Assembly (NCBI GenBank): GCA_973895155.1
Contig: OZ316897.1
Location: 20,463,224 to 20,527,223 of the forward strand
DNA: 64,000 nt
Direction of reading: 5' to 3'
Origin: Marsupella aquatica
Lineage: Eukaryota > Plantae > Marchantiophyta
Below the pieces are notes generated by a model. That model did not search any database and was not told where the DNA came from. It saw only the letters and a program-made list of their open reading frames with translations. Position numbers and translations under genes: made by a program. Positions 39,807-52,203 of the stretch are shown piece after piece; the first letter of the stretch is position 1, and each line of letters opens with the position of its first letter.

Positions 39807-39999
39807 AATCAATACCTGGCCTATATCTCCCTCTATCCATGGGAGGTATAGGTATTAATACAAGTATAGCAAAATCTATACTTGTCAGGTCGGGTATAGA
39901 GCTGTCCCTATGACCAAGAGACTAGTTATTGCTTGTGCCCAATGTAGCCCCTCTGCAGTACACATGAGACCTTCCTTCATAATTATGTTACATCTCAAT

Positions 40000-41400
40000 T
40001 GGCACCTTGTGATAGTTGTCATCAACATGGCACCAAACTGATGGCCTTCTCAACTTCATTTCCCTTTTCTTTGAATAACTAACAGCCAATCTTGCTGGTG
40101 ACAGGTTGGTATCAAATCTTGTTGTCCCAATGTTGTGCACACCAGTGTCAACATGGGGTCCTGGAGTGAGTGATGACCCTTGTTGCTTGCCCTTCAGGTT
40201 TGGTTTTGGCCATCGCATGGCTTTTTTCCCTGCATGTTGTATGCCTTTGTAGAGGTAGTGCTAGGAAAAATCAGGTCAGCGTTTGGCAAATTTCCACCAA
40301 TATTAAACAACTTGGTACTAATTGACTGAGAGGAATTCTGGGAATATTGGAAGCCTGGAAGTTGACCTATTGGGGGCAGGCAAGAGATCAAAAAAATTCT
40401 CCTTGCATTATGCATGCATCACGTCACTTGTCCGATGATGAATTTATAGCCTCCACTTTCTCCCCCCAAGAACAATGAGAGCTGTACACTACATAAAGTT
40501 TTGTCACCTAAACATGAAGCCACAAATGTTCCCAACATTATAAGCACACTTGGTACAGCTATTCAGTACTGCTCAAAGTTTTTTGCGATGATGTGAGGTT
40601 TTTATTGTTTCGGCATGAAAGAAATTTGGGAGTTGATAAGATGTGAGTTTGAAAGGAGGCAGAAAGAGGTTTGCAAGATGTAGATATAATGCTTCTCATA
40701 ATTGAGAAGGTTTTGGTAGCCATGTGGGATGGTGGCCTGAAAGGAATTTGAAAAACCATGCATTGTGCCTGCCATCCTACCTGACATGTGTTTTGACTCT
40801 ACATGGGTTATTTACACCATGATATCTTAGGACTCTCATTGTTTGGGTCCATTAGGGCATGTCAAAGCAGTGCCATAAGCAAAGTCTTATAGCTGAAACT
40901 TGTTGGACGTTAGATTCTTTCGGGGCGTGTATTTGGTAGCCCACAAAGAATTATGTCCTGGCCATAAAACAATTTTACATCCTTGGTCGTATCGCACATA
41001 TGGAGCTGATTTGACAAGCCCTATTGGCTTTCAGGTGCTCCCCATTGAGAGCACGATGTCCTCATAATGATTGTTTGATTTATACACCATCTTCAATGAG
41101 ATTAAGGTTTGGTTGAAGCGGTTTTGTATCAAGTTGGAACAATCTATTCTATAAGAAATAGAAGAATGCTGAATTCACGAGGAGCAATGTTCTGGATCAA
41201 ATGACAATAGTTATTGTGTAATTAGGCGTCATGAGGTTCGTTTCTTTAAACAATCTTCTTGTAGAACATTCAATCTTCTAAATCAATGCCCTCTCCTTTT
41301 GTCACTCACATTCTCTTCCATCGTTGAAGTTTTCCTGTCTAGACTTCTGATTTAGTTTCTGAGCTTGCACTCTGCCAGGAATCTGGAATTCGTGAAGTTC
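40000..41400 (-). mobile_element. Possible decayed MULE/SWIM-type transposase-related sequence
   Basis: Fragments VTKGEGIDLED, LTCPNGPK and ITHVESKHMSGRMAGTMHG weakly recall the N-terminus of plant SWIM zinc-finger MULE-derived proteins. Many stops. Confidence 0.2.
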
Positions 41401-43653
41401 GAGGAGTTGTGGAGTAAGCTAGCACGCCATCGATAGAAAGCATCATTAAACGAATGGATGTAGAATTTTGATCTTCTTGGTGATCTCAAACCAAGGTTCA
41501 CCGTTCTGAATCTAGACGTTGTAAAATCTGGCAATGCTCCCGATCCACCTTACAGAGTGGCTAATGTTGCCATTTGAAATTCATGGATTATGTGTGACAT
41601 CAGGCACAAAAGCTGTTCAGACGTTGCAACCAAATGGCAGTGAGAAATCAGGAGTTGGCAAACAGAGAACGAGGGCTCGCTTTTCGATTATCATAATGCG
41701 CTTGACTGTATGGTTTCTAGATGGAGGTCTGGGCTAAGATCCCTAACGCAGCCATATGTGTAGATGATGAAGACTTCAAAGGAGCCCTGTACTTCTGTTG
41801 ATAGAGATGAACATTCAGTGGAGGGGGAATCATCCCTTTATTCTTCCCCTGCTTTCAAATGGTATAATTTCGGGGGAAATAAGGTCAAACTCGTGTTTCA
41901 AAACCGCAGATTTTACTTACTTTCATTAGGTTGACCTCGTATGGAATGTTTAGAATAACTGAGGTCCTCTGGGTATGACCTGATCGAATTTTGTAGCAAA
42001 TCAGTAAATGTTGAGCTCAATGACGGTCCAGGTGAAAACGGATGCAGAATGTTGATCTTTGTGGATCCTGACTGTTACGAAGTAGTTTGGTAGAGCAGGT
42101 GTCCATGGGTGTTGTTTGTGAGTGGGCAGGTTGTCTACTTCGAAGAGCAGGGGCAAGGGCAATGTCAACAAGGATTTAGGGTTTAGGGTTTGTGGAAGGT
42201 TTTCATATCCGTCTTCGTTTGGTGTGCGGAAACTCAGCACTTCGAGTTTGATAAAAGTAAGCTCCAGCTAATGGCTGCGGATGATTCCTAGGGTTGATCT
42301 AACGGAGTTGGTCAACTTAGACCGAGAAGGCTTGCCGGAAATTAAAGCAAGGTTTTAGTTCCACAAGAACGATACAGTGCCTAAGGTGCATTGTGCTTAT
42401 CAGTGCACTGAACTTTGCTCTGTCGTTCAAAACTATGTCTCTGTGTCCGACTCAAGCTGTGCTGAAAAGTTTGGACACAGTTTGACGACCACGCCTTCAA
42501 TGAAACCTAGCAGAGGAGAATTACATGGTTTCATTCGCTAAATCATCATTCGGATCGTAAAACCTCGAGAAACGAAATCAGACATGTGCATCGCCTATAT
42601 CGCCCTGCTTTTGGTATTTTAAGGAATTGTATTACTAAACCCCTCTTGTCCATCAGTGAGTTGACAATGTCCGAGGCCGATATTCTGTCATGATCTGTCA
42701 TTATAACAAAATACGGATCATTCATTACATTTACAGGAACAAGAAAGTTCGGCAGCTCAACCTCTTATTCATGATACGGAAGGCGCTTTGAGTTTCAAAG
42801 CATCAGCAGCTTTTAGTCGAGTAGAGAGTTGGAAGATAATGCATACACCATTTCAAACGAATCATAGATTCTAAGAAGCTTCATGAATACTCTCTGAGAT
42901 TGAGTAGACGCGACTGGGCATGCAAGAATGAATTCAGGCAGGGGCACGGCAATAATGGAATTGCACTTGTCTGTACTGGATGCACACTGTGACCCAAATT
43001 ATGAAATCTGTTCAATGAATACTAACGAGGGGATAGGAAATTTCTCAACGAATAGCCGAAATGCCCATGTGACTTCATCGTCTATGAAGAGCGTGAGATA
43101 ACTATCTAACATGCCCATATTAGCTTTCTTGTCCATATTCCCTTGATGACTTCAACTTTAAAAGGTTTTCTGTTCCTCACGCATTCCTAATGACGCTTCC
43201 AAGAATTCACGGCTCACAACATTAACTACTACTAACGCTAGAACAGTAATCCTAAACAGGGCGAGCTCCGGCTTTGGCAAGCGAGCACACTCTTTCTCAA
43301 GTCCCTTTCCAAAAGTTACTATTCAAGCTCTCCTGAATTTTTCGAGAACTTACAGTTTGAAGGTCCCCTCCGTTTAAAGTGTAAGAGTTGCTGTGTATAC
43401 AATGGAGGTACGACCCAACGTTGCTCTGTGACATCCAGTTGACACTGGGATTCACGACGGGGTTAATGAATTGCCCATAAAAATTAATGTAATAATTCTT
43501 TCAACCCTGGGAAGTCTTTGTACGATGCTGCTCCCATGTCCTAATTGCTTAAACCTAGAAATTAAATTCTTTCAAATGTTTGTCTTCGACGAATGTATAT
43601 ACATTGCGGTGGTTAGGATAATTGGGGTACTAATTGGCTACCAGACGGCTCAT

Positions 43654-44541
43654 TTATCTGGATATCTTGAGTGCAGTGAGGAAAAGGTCCTCGAGCTGTA
43701 CTTCACGACACTTCGCTGCAAGTTCAGACATCCCGGACTCTGGAAGCTCTCTAATTCCTACTGGAAACCTTCGAATCGAATCCACACTTTCATTTCCTAT
43801 CAAAGCCACCTCCTCCACCTCCTCCCCTCTAATCTGAAGCGCCTGCCAGCGAAGTCTCTGGATTCGCCTCACGTACTCAGTAACATCATCTGGCTCACCC
43901 TCAAAAATAAGAATTCCTGGAAAGCCTGGCTTACAAAAGCCTCCGAGCCTCAACTCCGAACCCCACTCTAAGATGTCCTTCCTCTTCTGAGACGACTTGA
44001 TGTGGTGGAACCATATCAGCTTCCGCTGAATGGATGCAGGGGGCCTCGGCTCATCCTTGAGCTCTGTGTTGAGAGCTCCAGGAAGTGCAAGAGAACCAGC
44101 TGATTGGTGCCCAATCTCCAATGCAAGCTCTTGCACTCTCTGTAGTACTTGGAAAACGGCCTCTTCACCCACCATCTCTTTGGCAGCAGATTGCGCTCCC
44201 AAGCTCAGGATTTCATGCTGATGTTTCGTGATCTGGCCTCCACAATCCACAGTCACTCTCAATGCCTCCGTTTCTGGGTACCTCCGGGGAAAAGAGAAGC
44301 CAGCACTGGCATGGCGGCCACCCACTTTCGTTGCCAGCAGATGCAATGTGAAGGAGATGTTCAAGAACTCGGGAACAGGGCTGCCATCGTCAATTGCAGT
44401 CAAAATCTCCAGTGTTGCAGCTTCAGTCTCTGTGGTGGAAAACTCTCCTTCTACTGGATACATGGCCCGAATGACTTCCACCTCCGCCAGTTGCCGTCCA
44501 AGGCAGGCATGCTCCAGTGCCATATCCGATGCTCCTGTCAT
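43654..44541 (-). CDS. RWD-domain / DUF1115 protein (RWDD2A/B-like), about 295 aa, single coding exon
   Basis: QLAEVEVIRAMYP, FPRRYPET, IWFHHIKSSQKRKDILEWGSELRLGGFCKPGFPGILIFEG and IQRLRWQ are typical RWDD2 motifs. The first ATG is at 44541; the ORF track starts at an upstream TTG. Confidence 0.9.
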   Translation of the reverse strand: MTGASDMALEHACLGRQLAEVEVIRAMYPVEGEFSTTETEAATLEILTAIDDGSPVPEFLNISFTLHLLATKVGGRHASAGFSFPRRYPETEALRVTVDCGGQITKHQHEILSLGAQSAAKEMVGEEAVFQVLQRVQELALEIGHQSAGSLALPGALNTELKDEPRPPASIQRKLIWFHHIKSSQKRKDILEWGSELRLGGFCKPGFPGILIFEGEPDDVTEYVRRIQRLRWQALQIRGEEVEEVALIGNESVDSIRRFPVGIRELPESGMSELAAKCREVQLEDLFLTALKISR

Positions 44542-45109
44542 TCGGAACCAAGCCAAGCCCTTTTTTGTGAGTTACGATCCACCAAAGGGTTTGGTCCAGG
44601 CTCGAAGATAGGGGCAACCCGAATTCTCTACTGCTAGAGCAGCTAGTGCTCAACAGCTTGGTTGAATTTGACGAAAGATGGATGACCGATCTGTACCCCG
44701 ATCTGTACCTCCAGAATCCCACCAAGATCGGGAAAAGGGTTCGTAGGATGTTTGTCATCATTTGCCTTCGAATCGAAACACATTGGACCACTCTTCGAGA
44801 TTGGGAGTACAAATTTGTCCCATCTTAAAATGTATGACCAACTCTGTAAAAAACATATTCACACTGAGATGTGACAGAGGGTGGGTACTGGGTAAGGTGT
44901 TTGTGATCATTTGCTGGAACGCACTTCGAGAAAGGCAGTACAAATGTCTCGCATCGTCTGCTTGTTTTCCTCGTGAACTACTACCACCCTAGTGCTCTTA
45001 TCAAGACTAGTACGAATGCACTCAAAGTGACAATCTTGCAAAGTGCACATTAAGAATATTGTATTTTATTTTGTTGGTCTTGAACTGAAATGGGGAAGAA
45101 CACTTGGTA

Positions 45110-45230
45110 GGCTCTCCCCACCCCAATAGTGACACTTTCTTTGTAGGGAACCTATTTAGAGGTGAGCCCTCATGGATCCGACAGTGACCAGCACCAGGAG
45201 TGAGAGAGTATTAAAGCAGGGCCACAAAGT
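45110..45230. repeat. Dispersed repeat, second copy at ~56100-56220
   Basis: Shared ccaat.gtgacacttt...tgtagggaacc...ggtgagccc...ggatcc.acag.gacc..caccagga. Confidence 0.7.
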
Positions 45231-45245
45231 GGACAACCAGGTGCC

Positions 45246-45389
45246 GAGTAAATAATCAGAACTCCCATCCACTACCCATGCAGAGTAAATATTCAGAACT
45301 CCCATCCACTACCCATGCAGAGTAAATAATCAGAACTCCCATCCACTACCCATGCAGAGTAAATAATCAGAACTCACATCCACTACCCA
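45246..45389. repeat. 37-bp minisatellite, about 4 copies
   Basis: gagtaaataatcagaactcccatccactacccatgca repeated head to tail without spacers. Confidence 0.95.
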
Positions 45390-46991
45390 CAAAACGCATC
45401 CCACCCCACACAGATATACCCTCCCCACCCATGTGTGTGGAGGAGGAATTGAAAGCGGGGCCTTTCAGTTCCAGGCTCATCCCCTACATAAGAATATTGT
45501 ATTTTTCATTCAGTCATTGTTTGATCGCTGGGGGGTTGCCTAAGCTGGGATGGATGGAGACCTTGTCCCTACAATTCCCATGGACTCCATTAAGTCAGCA
45601 GTTTCACATCAGAAGACAATGGGATATGATGCTGTTCACCGGATATTTCACTTTTGAGAAGCATGACTCTCGTACTGTTTCCTGGTGCCCAGTCCAATTG
45701 TCAACTGCTGGCTTTTGGCAGACTGGTGTATGTATTTGAACAGCTTTTGAATCTATTCTTAAACTTAAAATCTGCGAGCACTGTCTCTAATATATGTCCA
45801 AAAAAAATCAGACAAAGTTTGACATTTTTCTGAGACTATTCTCTCCATTGAATGAACACAAAAATGGTCAAATAACATAAATCTACTTCTAACGGATGTT
45901 CACTTTTGTGAACTTCTTGAGTAGTTTAGGCATGAAAAAAACAACTTACTGGCCTAAATGTATCCAGCTGCAAACAGTGAGGAGCCCAATTACACGGTCA
46001 CTTTTCAACTAAAATTGTAAAAGGTGCTACCCAAGTAGTTTACACATTCTGTGCCAATCCGGATACCCTTCACTTGGTCCATCTGGGCTTTATATTCCAT
46101 TGTGGCATATTACTTTAATAAAAGAGAATAGTCACTCAATACTTTACTCTTGCAGTGAACTAGCGCAATGCTTGTGCCTTGAAGACATGTTGTTGTGAAA
46201 TTGATGTTGTGGCAGGCTACTGCAAGACAGGCGATGGTGGACATGGTGTTGCCACAGTCTAATGAGGCTAGGTGAATGGAGACCTAAACAAAAATCCCTC
46301 CCCCGCATCCTGAGTAAGGAAAGGCCTGCGCGAGGGCAAGGCCCAGGCAAGAGGGAGAGGGAGGGCGTCACACTATGAAGGTGCAGGCCGTGACACTGGG
46401 GGCGGAGGGCCAGGTGGGGAGGTGGGTTCTTTGGCTGATTAAACGTTGATGAACAATTGTTTTGAGTGGATGGTCATGCCCTTCTCATTTTTTGTAAGCA
46501 TATTATGTGCCAGAATTGGCGGGGGGGGGTTGCACACTACAATTCACGTAGAGGGGATTTTCAGAGAAAATATATCATCTATTGAAACAATTGTAAGATA
46601 TCTACACATATACAAGGATAAAATATAATTTCTAATAGATCAAGCAATAGAAATTTCTATCTTCTGACTTACCTCACTCAATCCCAAAATATTTTAAAAT
46701 TAAAACCATTCATGATAAATTTGAATTTATTGAGCAGATTCAGTTAGCACCCCGTTAGCAAAACGGCAGTCCAGTTTGGGAACTCGACATGGAAGCCAAA
46801 CTGCCTCATAATTCTCAAACATGTTTGTTTGGGGATATCACTAGTCAACCAAAAAGGTGCTAAATAGGGATGACAATGTATAACCATGCACCTGGTCAGG
46901 TGCACCTAGCATCTTTTGAGACCCAAAACTGTGATCATCAATGGAAAGAAAAATACTCTTTCAGTTCAAAACAAGAAGAATATACACATAC

Positions 46992-49900
46992 TTTTTACAG
47001 AAAAAGGCCAAATAGAGTACAAAAGAATAAACAAGAGAGGTCCCAAGTGGACAAAACCAAACGCAAAAGAAGTGAGCAAAAGGAAACCGTAAAAACCAAG
47101 AAAGAGGAACTAAAAGAAGTGAGCAAAAAGAAACCCCTAAAAACCAAGAAAGAGGAACTAAAACTATCGCAAATGGACCGAGGTCCTCATCATACCTAGC
47201 AAATGTGGCAACAAGCTAGTGGTCTACATCAAGTGTCGAAACTAGATCGGCAAGTGGGACAGGAATGTCCTCTAGGGGGGCTAGCCGCTGCGGAGTCACA
47301 CTAGCACCCACTGTCAGAGATCGACGATAGACGGCCCGAGCTTGAGCACGCTGTAAGGTGACTGAAATGCGTTGGCGAAAGTGCGTGGTCAAAACAGATA
47401 GCGGGGGCCCGATGGGACCCATCCGGCCGTGAACATCCCGAGCAGCTTGGCGAAGAAGCCCGTCGAACTGATGATGGAGACGCCCAAATATCTCAAGAGC
47501 AAGGGGCAGGAAGCTATCAGATGAAGCTCGTGCAGCATATTTGGCCTCCTTCGTTGTTGCTGCTCGTGATGCTGCTGCCCCTGCCGTTGTTGCCGCTGTC
47601 CCAATGATGTCTTGGCGCAATGGGTTTGCCACCACTACATCTGCCAAAGTACGGTGACCTTCACGGACCATGGTAAGATCCACCCGTAACCGCTGTGATG
47701 GAGGACCAGGTAACTCGAGCACCACCTCCCGCCGCGCGCAGACCAAAGAGCCAGAGAGAACTTGAGCAGTCGCATCTCTCACAGCGTCGTGAACAAAAAT
47801 GGTTTCGCCGCCCAAACTGCATCGAAGAAGATGGACACCTGTGGCATCACAAGGCTTCCCACAAGTGCAAGTAGGAGGTAAACCAGCAAGAAGTGGGTGG
47901 GGCAAGCCCATACAAAGACGCATGGCTGTCGCAAACTCCGCTGAAGACATCCGCAGGTGAGGAATGACTGGATTGGCCTAAAGCCAGCCTCCTGCGCCCT
48001 TCCCTCCGGAAGAAAGAATCCGAGCTCGGTCTATGTCAGGTGCCTCGGTGAGGATGCTGGAAAGGGTGAAAGTGTGCATACGCCCAACAAGGTCTGCCTG
48101 AAGACGGACGGGGTCCAAGGATAAAAACTCCTGGAATGAAGGTAACGCAGCTCGAACAGGATCAGGTAATGATGACCGCACCGTGCGCAAATGAACCTAA
48201 AATGGGAGGGAACCTCCTCGACCTCCATGAGAGACGAAAGTAAAAAAGGTCGATCCTCAGTAAGGAAACGATCTGCCAACAATGAGAAGGCGGCCGCCCA
48301 CGCGCCCAAGAAGGCCAAAGGTGCAAGGCGCTCAGTGGAAGTAAGCCCAAAACCACCGTGAGAAATAGGAAGACTGAGCTGTCGATGAAGCCACGGAGAT
48401 GAGAGTAAAGTACCTGGCCCTAAAAGAGAGGCCAAAGTCTAACGAATGGAGACATCAAACGCTCAGAGGTGTAGATAAAGATCCTCGGTAGGGGGATGTG
48501 TCCGAGCCAAATAGGACACACGAGGGTGGATGCATCTCAACAACAACCCAAATGCTGCCTGAGAGTCTGCTAACTTAGGGAGCATAGGAGTAGGGGCTAA
48601 GGCAGCCTGGAGAGCGTCAGCAATGAAAGATGAGCAAAAGGAGGCGGTACCGACTAGGGAGCCAAGGACCCGAAGACCGTCGGCTGGACGTAAGAACCCA
48701 GGGGGAAGCGCAAGATCAGAGGGTAACCCAACTGGACTCCATGCACGACTCTTCACCAGCTGAACTCGTAAACTGAGGCCCAACAAATGGGTGGAAAGGG
48801 TGGCGAGGGCAGAAGTAACAACAACAGGTGGACCAATGATGTGGGTGTCATCTGAAAGGGAGGGGAAGATACACTGGGGGTGGGCCACGAAGGCTTCCCG
48901 TAAAGCAGTAAAATGGGCAATGGCAAAAAGAGGCCCACCCAAAGGGTCACCCTGACGTGTACCTTCTGCAGAAGAAAGAGTGGTATACACTCCTGTAGAG
49001 GTGTGATGACTATAGAAGAGGGGGGCCTCGAACCCATAAAAACAACGGACAAAGGGGATAAGGGACTGGATGTCTGGATCCGCTGCCCTCAAAGCACAAA
49101 AAATTGCTGCCCGAGAAACCGTATTGAAAGCATTGGAGACATCAACCTGGAGGACAACCCAATCAGGGTGGAGGTCCAAGGTAGTACAAATACCCGCAAT
49201 AACTGTCTCACAACCGCCAGGAACGCCCACTGCAAACTGATGTGGAGAGAGATGATCCGATAGTGCAGAGCGATACTGCGATGAAAGTGTGCGAGACACC
49301 AGACGAAGAAAAACCTCTCCAATAGCTATGGGCCGAACACCCGGTGAAGACTTAGCCATGGCCAATAAACGAGAAGCACTCAAAAGCCGTGAGACAGGAG
49401 GAGGCAAACGGCCGGCAGCAATACACTGGCAAAAGGAGAAGAAAACTGGAAAACCAGACTGAGGATCCTTAGGGGGGAATAAATCACGAAAATGCTCAAA
49501 GACATAGCCAGAGGGGCCACCAGCCGCGCAACGCGGAGCATGGAGGAAAGCATAGGTGAAGTGGTCCCTACTAAACTGAAGATCCTCCTCAGGCTCAAAA
49601 TCCTCCACGAACAAAGGGAGCTGATCATAGGGCTGCGGATGGAGATCCTGAAGGGCCGTCAAGGTGACCTCGCCAGGGGGGGCTGGTGTGGTGGGAGAAA
49701 GGGCCTGGACCGCACAACAATATTCACCAGCCTGGGCTAAACGACAATAGTGACGAAGGCGTCTGTGCTCTGGAGGATGAGAGTGGCGAGCTGGGTCAGA
49801 CAAAGCACGGGTAGTAAAGGAACGGGCTCGAAGAAAGTACTCTTCCTGAAGCTGTTCCCAATCTCCCCGCAGAAAACGATGGATACGAGAGGCAGTCTCA

Positions 49901-51600
49901 CGATGACCCATGCGACCACCGTGACTAGGGAGGGTAAGAGTCCACTGTGGAAAAAGCATGAATAAAGACCAATAGGAGACCTCGATAGGATGTGCCAAGA
50001 TAAGCTGCATGAGTTGCAACAAGGATGACCGAACTAATGGGCGCAACGCTAGTGGGATGTGGTCATAAAGGCGAGGTCTAATGTACCCTGGATGGTAGGC
50101 TGGAAGGGGGTCTAGAGAGCGAACCCAACTCCATGCTTGCTCGGAAGCCTCCAAGGAAGGAGGGGCAGAGCTAACTGGGTCAAGAGGGGGCTGGGGCTGG
50201 GATTGTGCTTGCTGGCGACGTTGGCACCGGCCCCGCCCGCAGTGATGAGGAAGGGAGAGGCCAACCCAACCACACTCAGGACAAGTATGCAGGGGACGCT
50301 CGTCTGGGGAGGGAGCAGGGAACGACTGGACAGGAGGTGGGGGGGGGAACCGACGTGGATGAAGAGGCCGGAGGGGGATGCTGGAGGGGTGGAGGGGGAA
50401 TGGGGTGGGGAGAGGAGAGGAGCCAGGGCGTCGATGGGGTGGGCAGTAGACTGGGGGGACTGGCAGAACATCGAGCATGGGGTCATCACGAAGATGAGAG
50501 AGATCCAATGAAGAAGAGCAAACACGAAGGCGACCACGAGGCGGGGGGGAGGAGGGGGGAGAACTGTGTGGGGGGGCTGGGCGCTTGCCCCGCGCCAACA
50601 CTCTCAACGTAGACATGACAGGTCGCAACCCGATAAAAGCAAAAGCGCATCAAGAAGCGACAAAAGGCCCAACCAAGACATATGAAAAGAAAGGGAAGGC
50701 TATGGAGAGAGCCCACCGCGTCAAAAGCCGAGAAACGGCGCCACCGCTAGCCTAGAAAACCGTTGAGCACGTGCAGGCACAGCCGGGAACAAAGCTGGAG
50801 CACTCGTCGATGTGTCCGTTGAGGAGTAGATGCGAGTGAATATCTCTCCGCTGATTTGAGCGTGCTGCTACAGCTCCCAAAGATGGTGGAATGCAAACTG
50901 GTCCACTAAACTTGGCAAAAGCCACCTTGTCAGAACTGAAGAAGAAAGTCAACCACCAATCGGAGGAGAAACGTGGCAAGACAGGAATGCTCCAAAGTTG
51001 ATCAAGGGAAACCGTCACCAAAAATGGAGGAGTAAATCAGAATCGTAATCGGAGCCGAAAGTGGTTGATATGTCACCAAAAGGACCGCGGCAGGGATAGA
51101 TGTTGCACTCTCGGACAAGAGCTGGCCAAATCACATGAGAATGCCGGATTCCGTGAACGAGGAACTGCTACAGGACCCCAAAGCTAATTGAAAGTGAGAA
51201 CGGTGGAAATTGAAGGAAAAATGTGAGAGCTAATCAAAGTCCAATCGGGGCAATAGGAGACCAATTGGACCGCTCTTGGGATCAATCTGATTCTCCCGGA
51301 GAAGAGCTATACAAAGCACTTGAGAAATCTGAAATCCGTGAAAGATTGACCAAGATATGACCGTCGAAAGGAAGACGAAAATCGCAGAAAAACGACTGAA
51401 AAATGGCGAAAACGAATGTGACCATAAGTATGTCGATACGACATTGTTTTGGACGTGTTTTATATCGATTTGATGTGCCTCGGCAAGAGCAAGCTAATGC
51501 AACTGAGAAAACTGGATTCCGAGAAAAACTGAGTGCAGGAGGGTAGTCGAAGTGGCACGAAAACTGTGCTACAGTGTGAACTCCATAGCCAGGAGCTCAA
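46992..51600 (-). mobile_element. CRE-clade-like non-LTR retrotransposon (single ORF: zinc finger, RT, CCHC, restriction-like endonuclease), inactivated
   Basis: Reconstructed ORF ~50616-47216: CPEC...HHC; RT motifs GVRPIAIGE, QFAVGVPGG, VDVSNAFN, GTRQGDPLG, SDDTHIIG, LPISHGGFG; CTCGKPCDATGVHLLRC; HDAVRD...RVDL...LADVVV...KEAKY...PLALEIFGRL. Stops at 48463, 48439, 48197 and 47978 plus one frameshift near 48215. Outer boundaries approximate. Confidence 0.88.
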
Positions 51601-51799
51601 AGACCTCAACTCATTGCAGACTCAAAACAGTGTCTGAACATGATCCATCTGAGTTGCTCTGTTCAATCCGAGTTGTTTGTCAACAGTAGTGGTTCCCCAA
51701 AAATTCCATTTGAATTTCAAAAGCACTTCTAGCTGAATGACTGACAAGACTAATGGGTAGGGTCTTCTCAGACTGAGTAAGAGGGCATCTCACTACCTA

Positions 51800-52203
51800 G
51801 GGTGGTTTTACAAGAGCTTGGAGGCAGCAATTCCTTTTTTTCTAAATGAGAGATACAATGCTAGCCATTCATATGTGGGAACTGGCCACACCTCACTTTA
51901 CATGAACTTGGGGGCACAATCAAGCAAAAGCATTACCCAACCTAATGTAGTCATCTGTCAGTGGGTCCCTTATTTTGCTGATGTGTGCAAACTTTTTTTT
52001 GTCAAAAACTTAGACCTCCTCTTGAGGTGGTCTAAAAACCTGTAGCAAACAAATGGCCTTTTATTTTAAGGGAATTGCATTGATTACTTCCAAACCTGAC
52101 ACATTTTGGCTCAGGAATTTTAACTTTTGTGTAAAAAAATGGCCATCAGCTTTGGTTTGGATGGAGAGACATTGAACGGCCCCACCATCTTGTAAAGCCC
52201 CCC
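51800..52203. mobile_element. PIF/Harbinger-like MITE (~400 bp), same family as 27665-28442
   Basis: cta|gggtggttttacaaga ... tcttgtaaagcccccc|tta; shared internal segment ttttgctgatgtg...agacc.cctctt. Confidence 0.6.

Noticed and set aside
42172-42191. Interstitial telomere or chromosome fusion scar
   Set aside because: Only 2-3 TTTAGGG units; such telo-box motifs are common in plant promoters and TEs.
43471-44637. + strand ORFs of 166 and 162 aa
   Set aside because: Antisense shadows of the RWD-domain gene.
45246-45389. 37-bp repeats as a CRISPR array
   Set aside because: Units are head to tail with no unique spacers, there are no cas genes, and the context is eukaryotic.
46960-51660. 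TSD or spliced-leader/rDNA target for the CRE-like element
   Set aside because: No convincing direct repeat (only tcaaaaca on both sides) and no recognisable RNA gene in the flanks.
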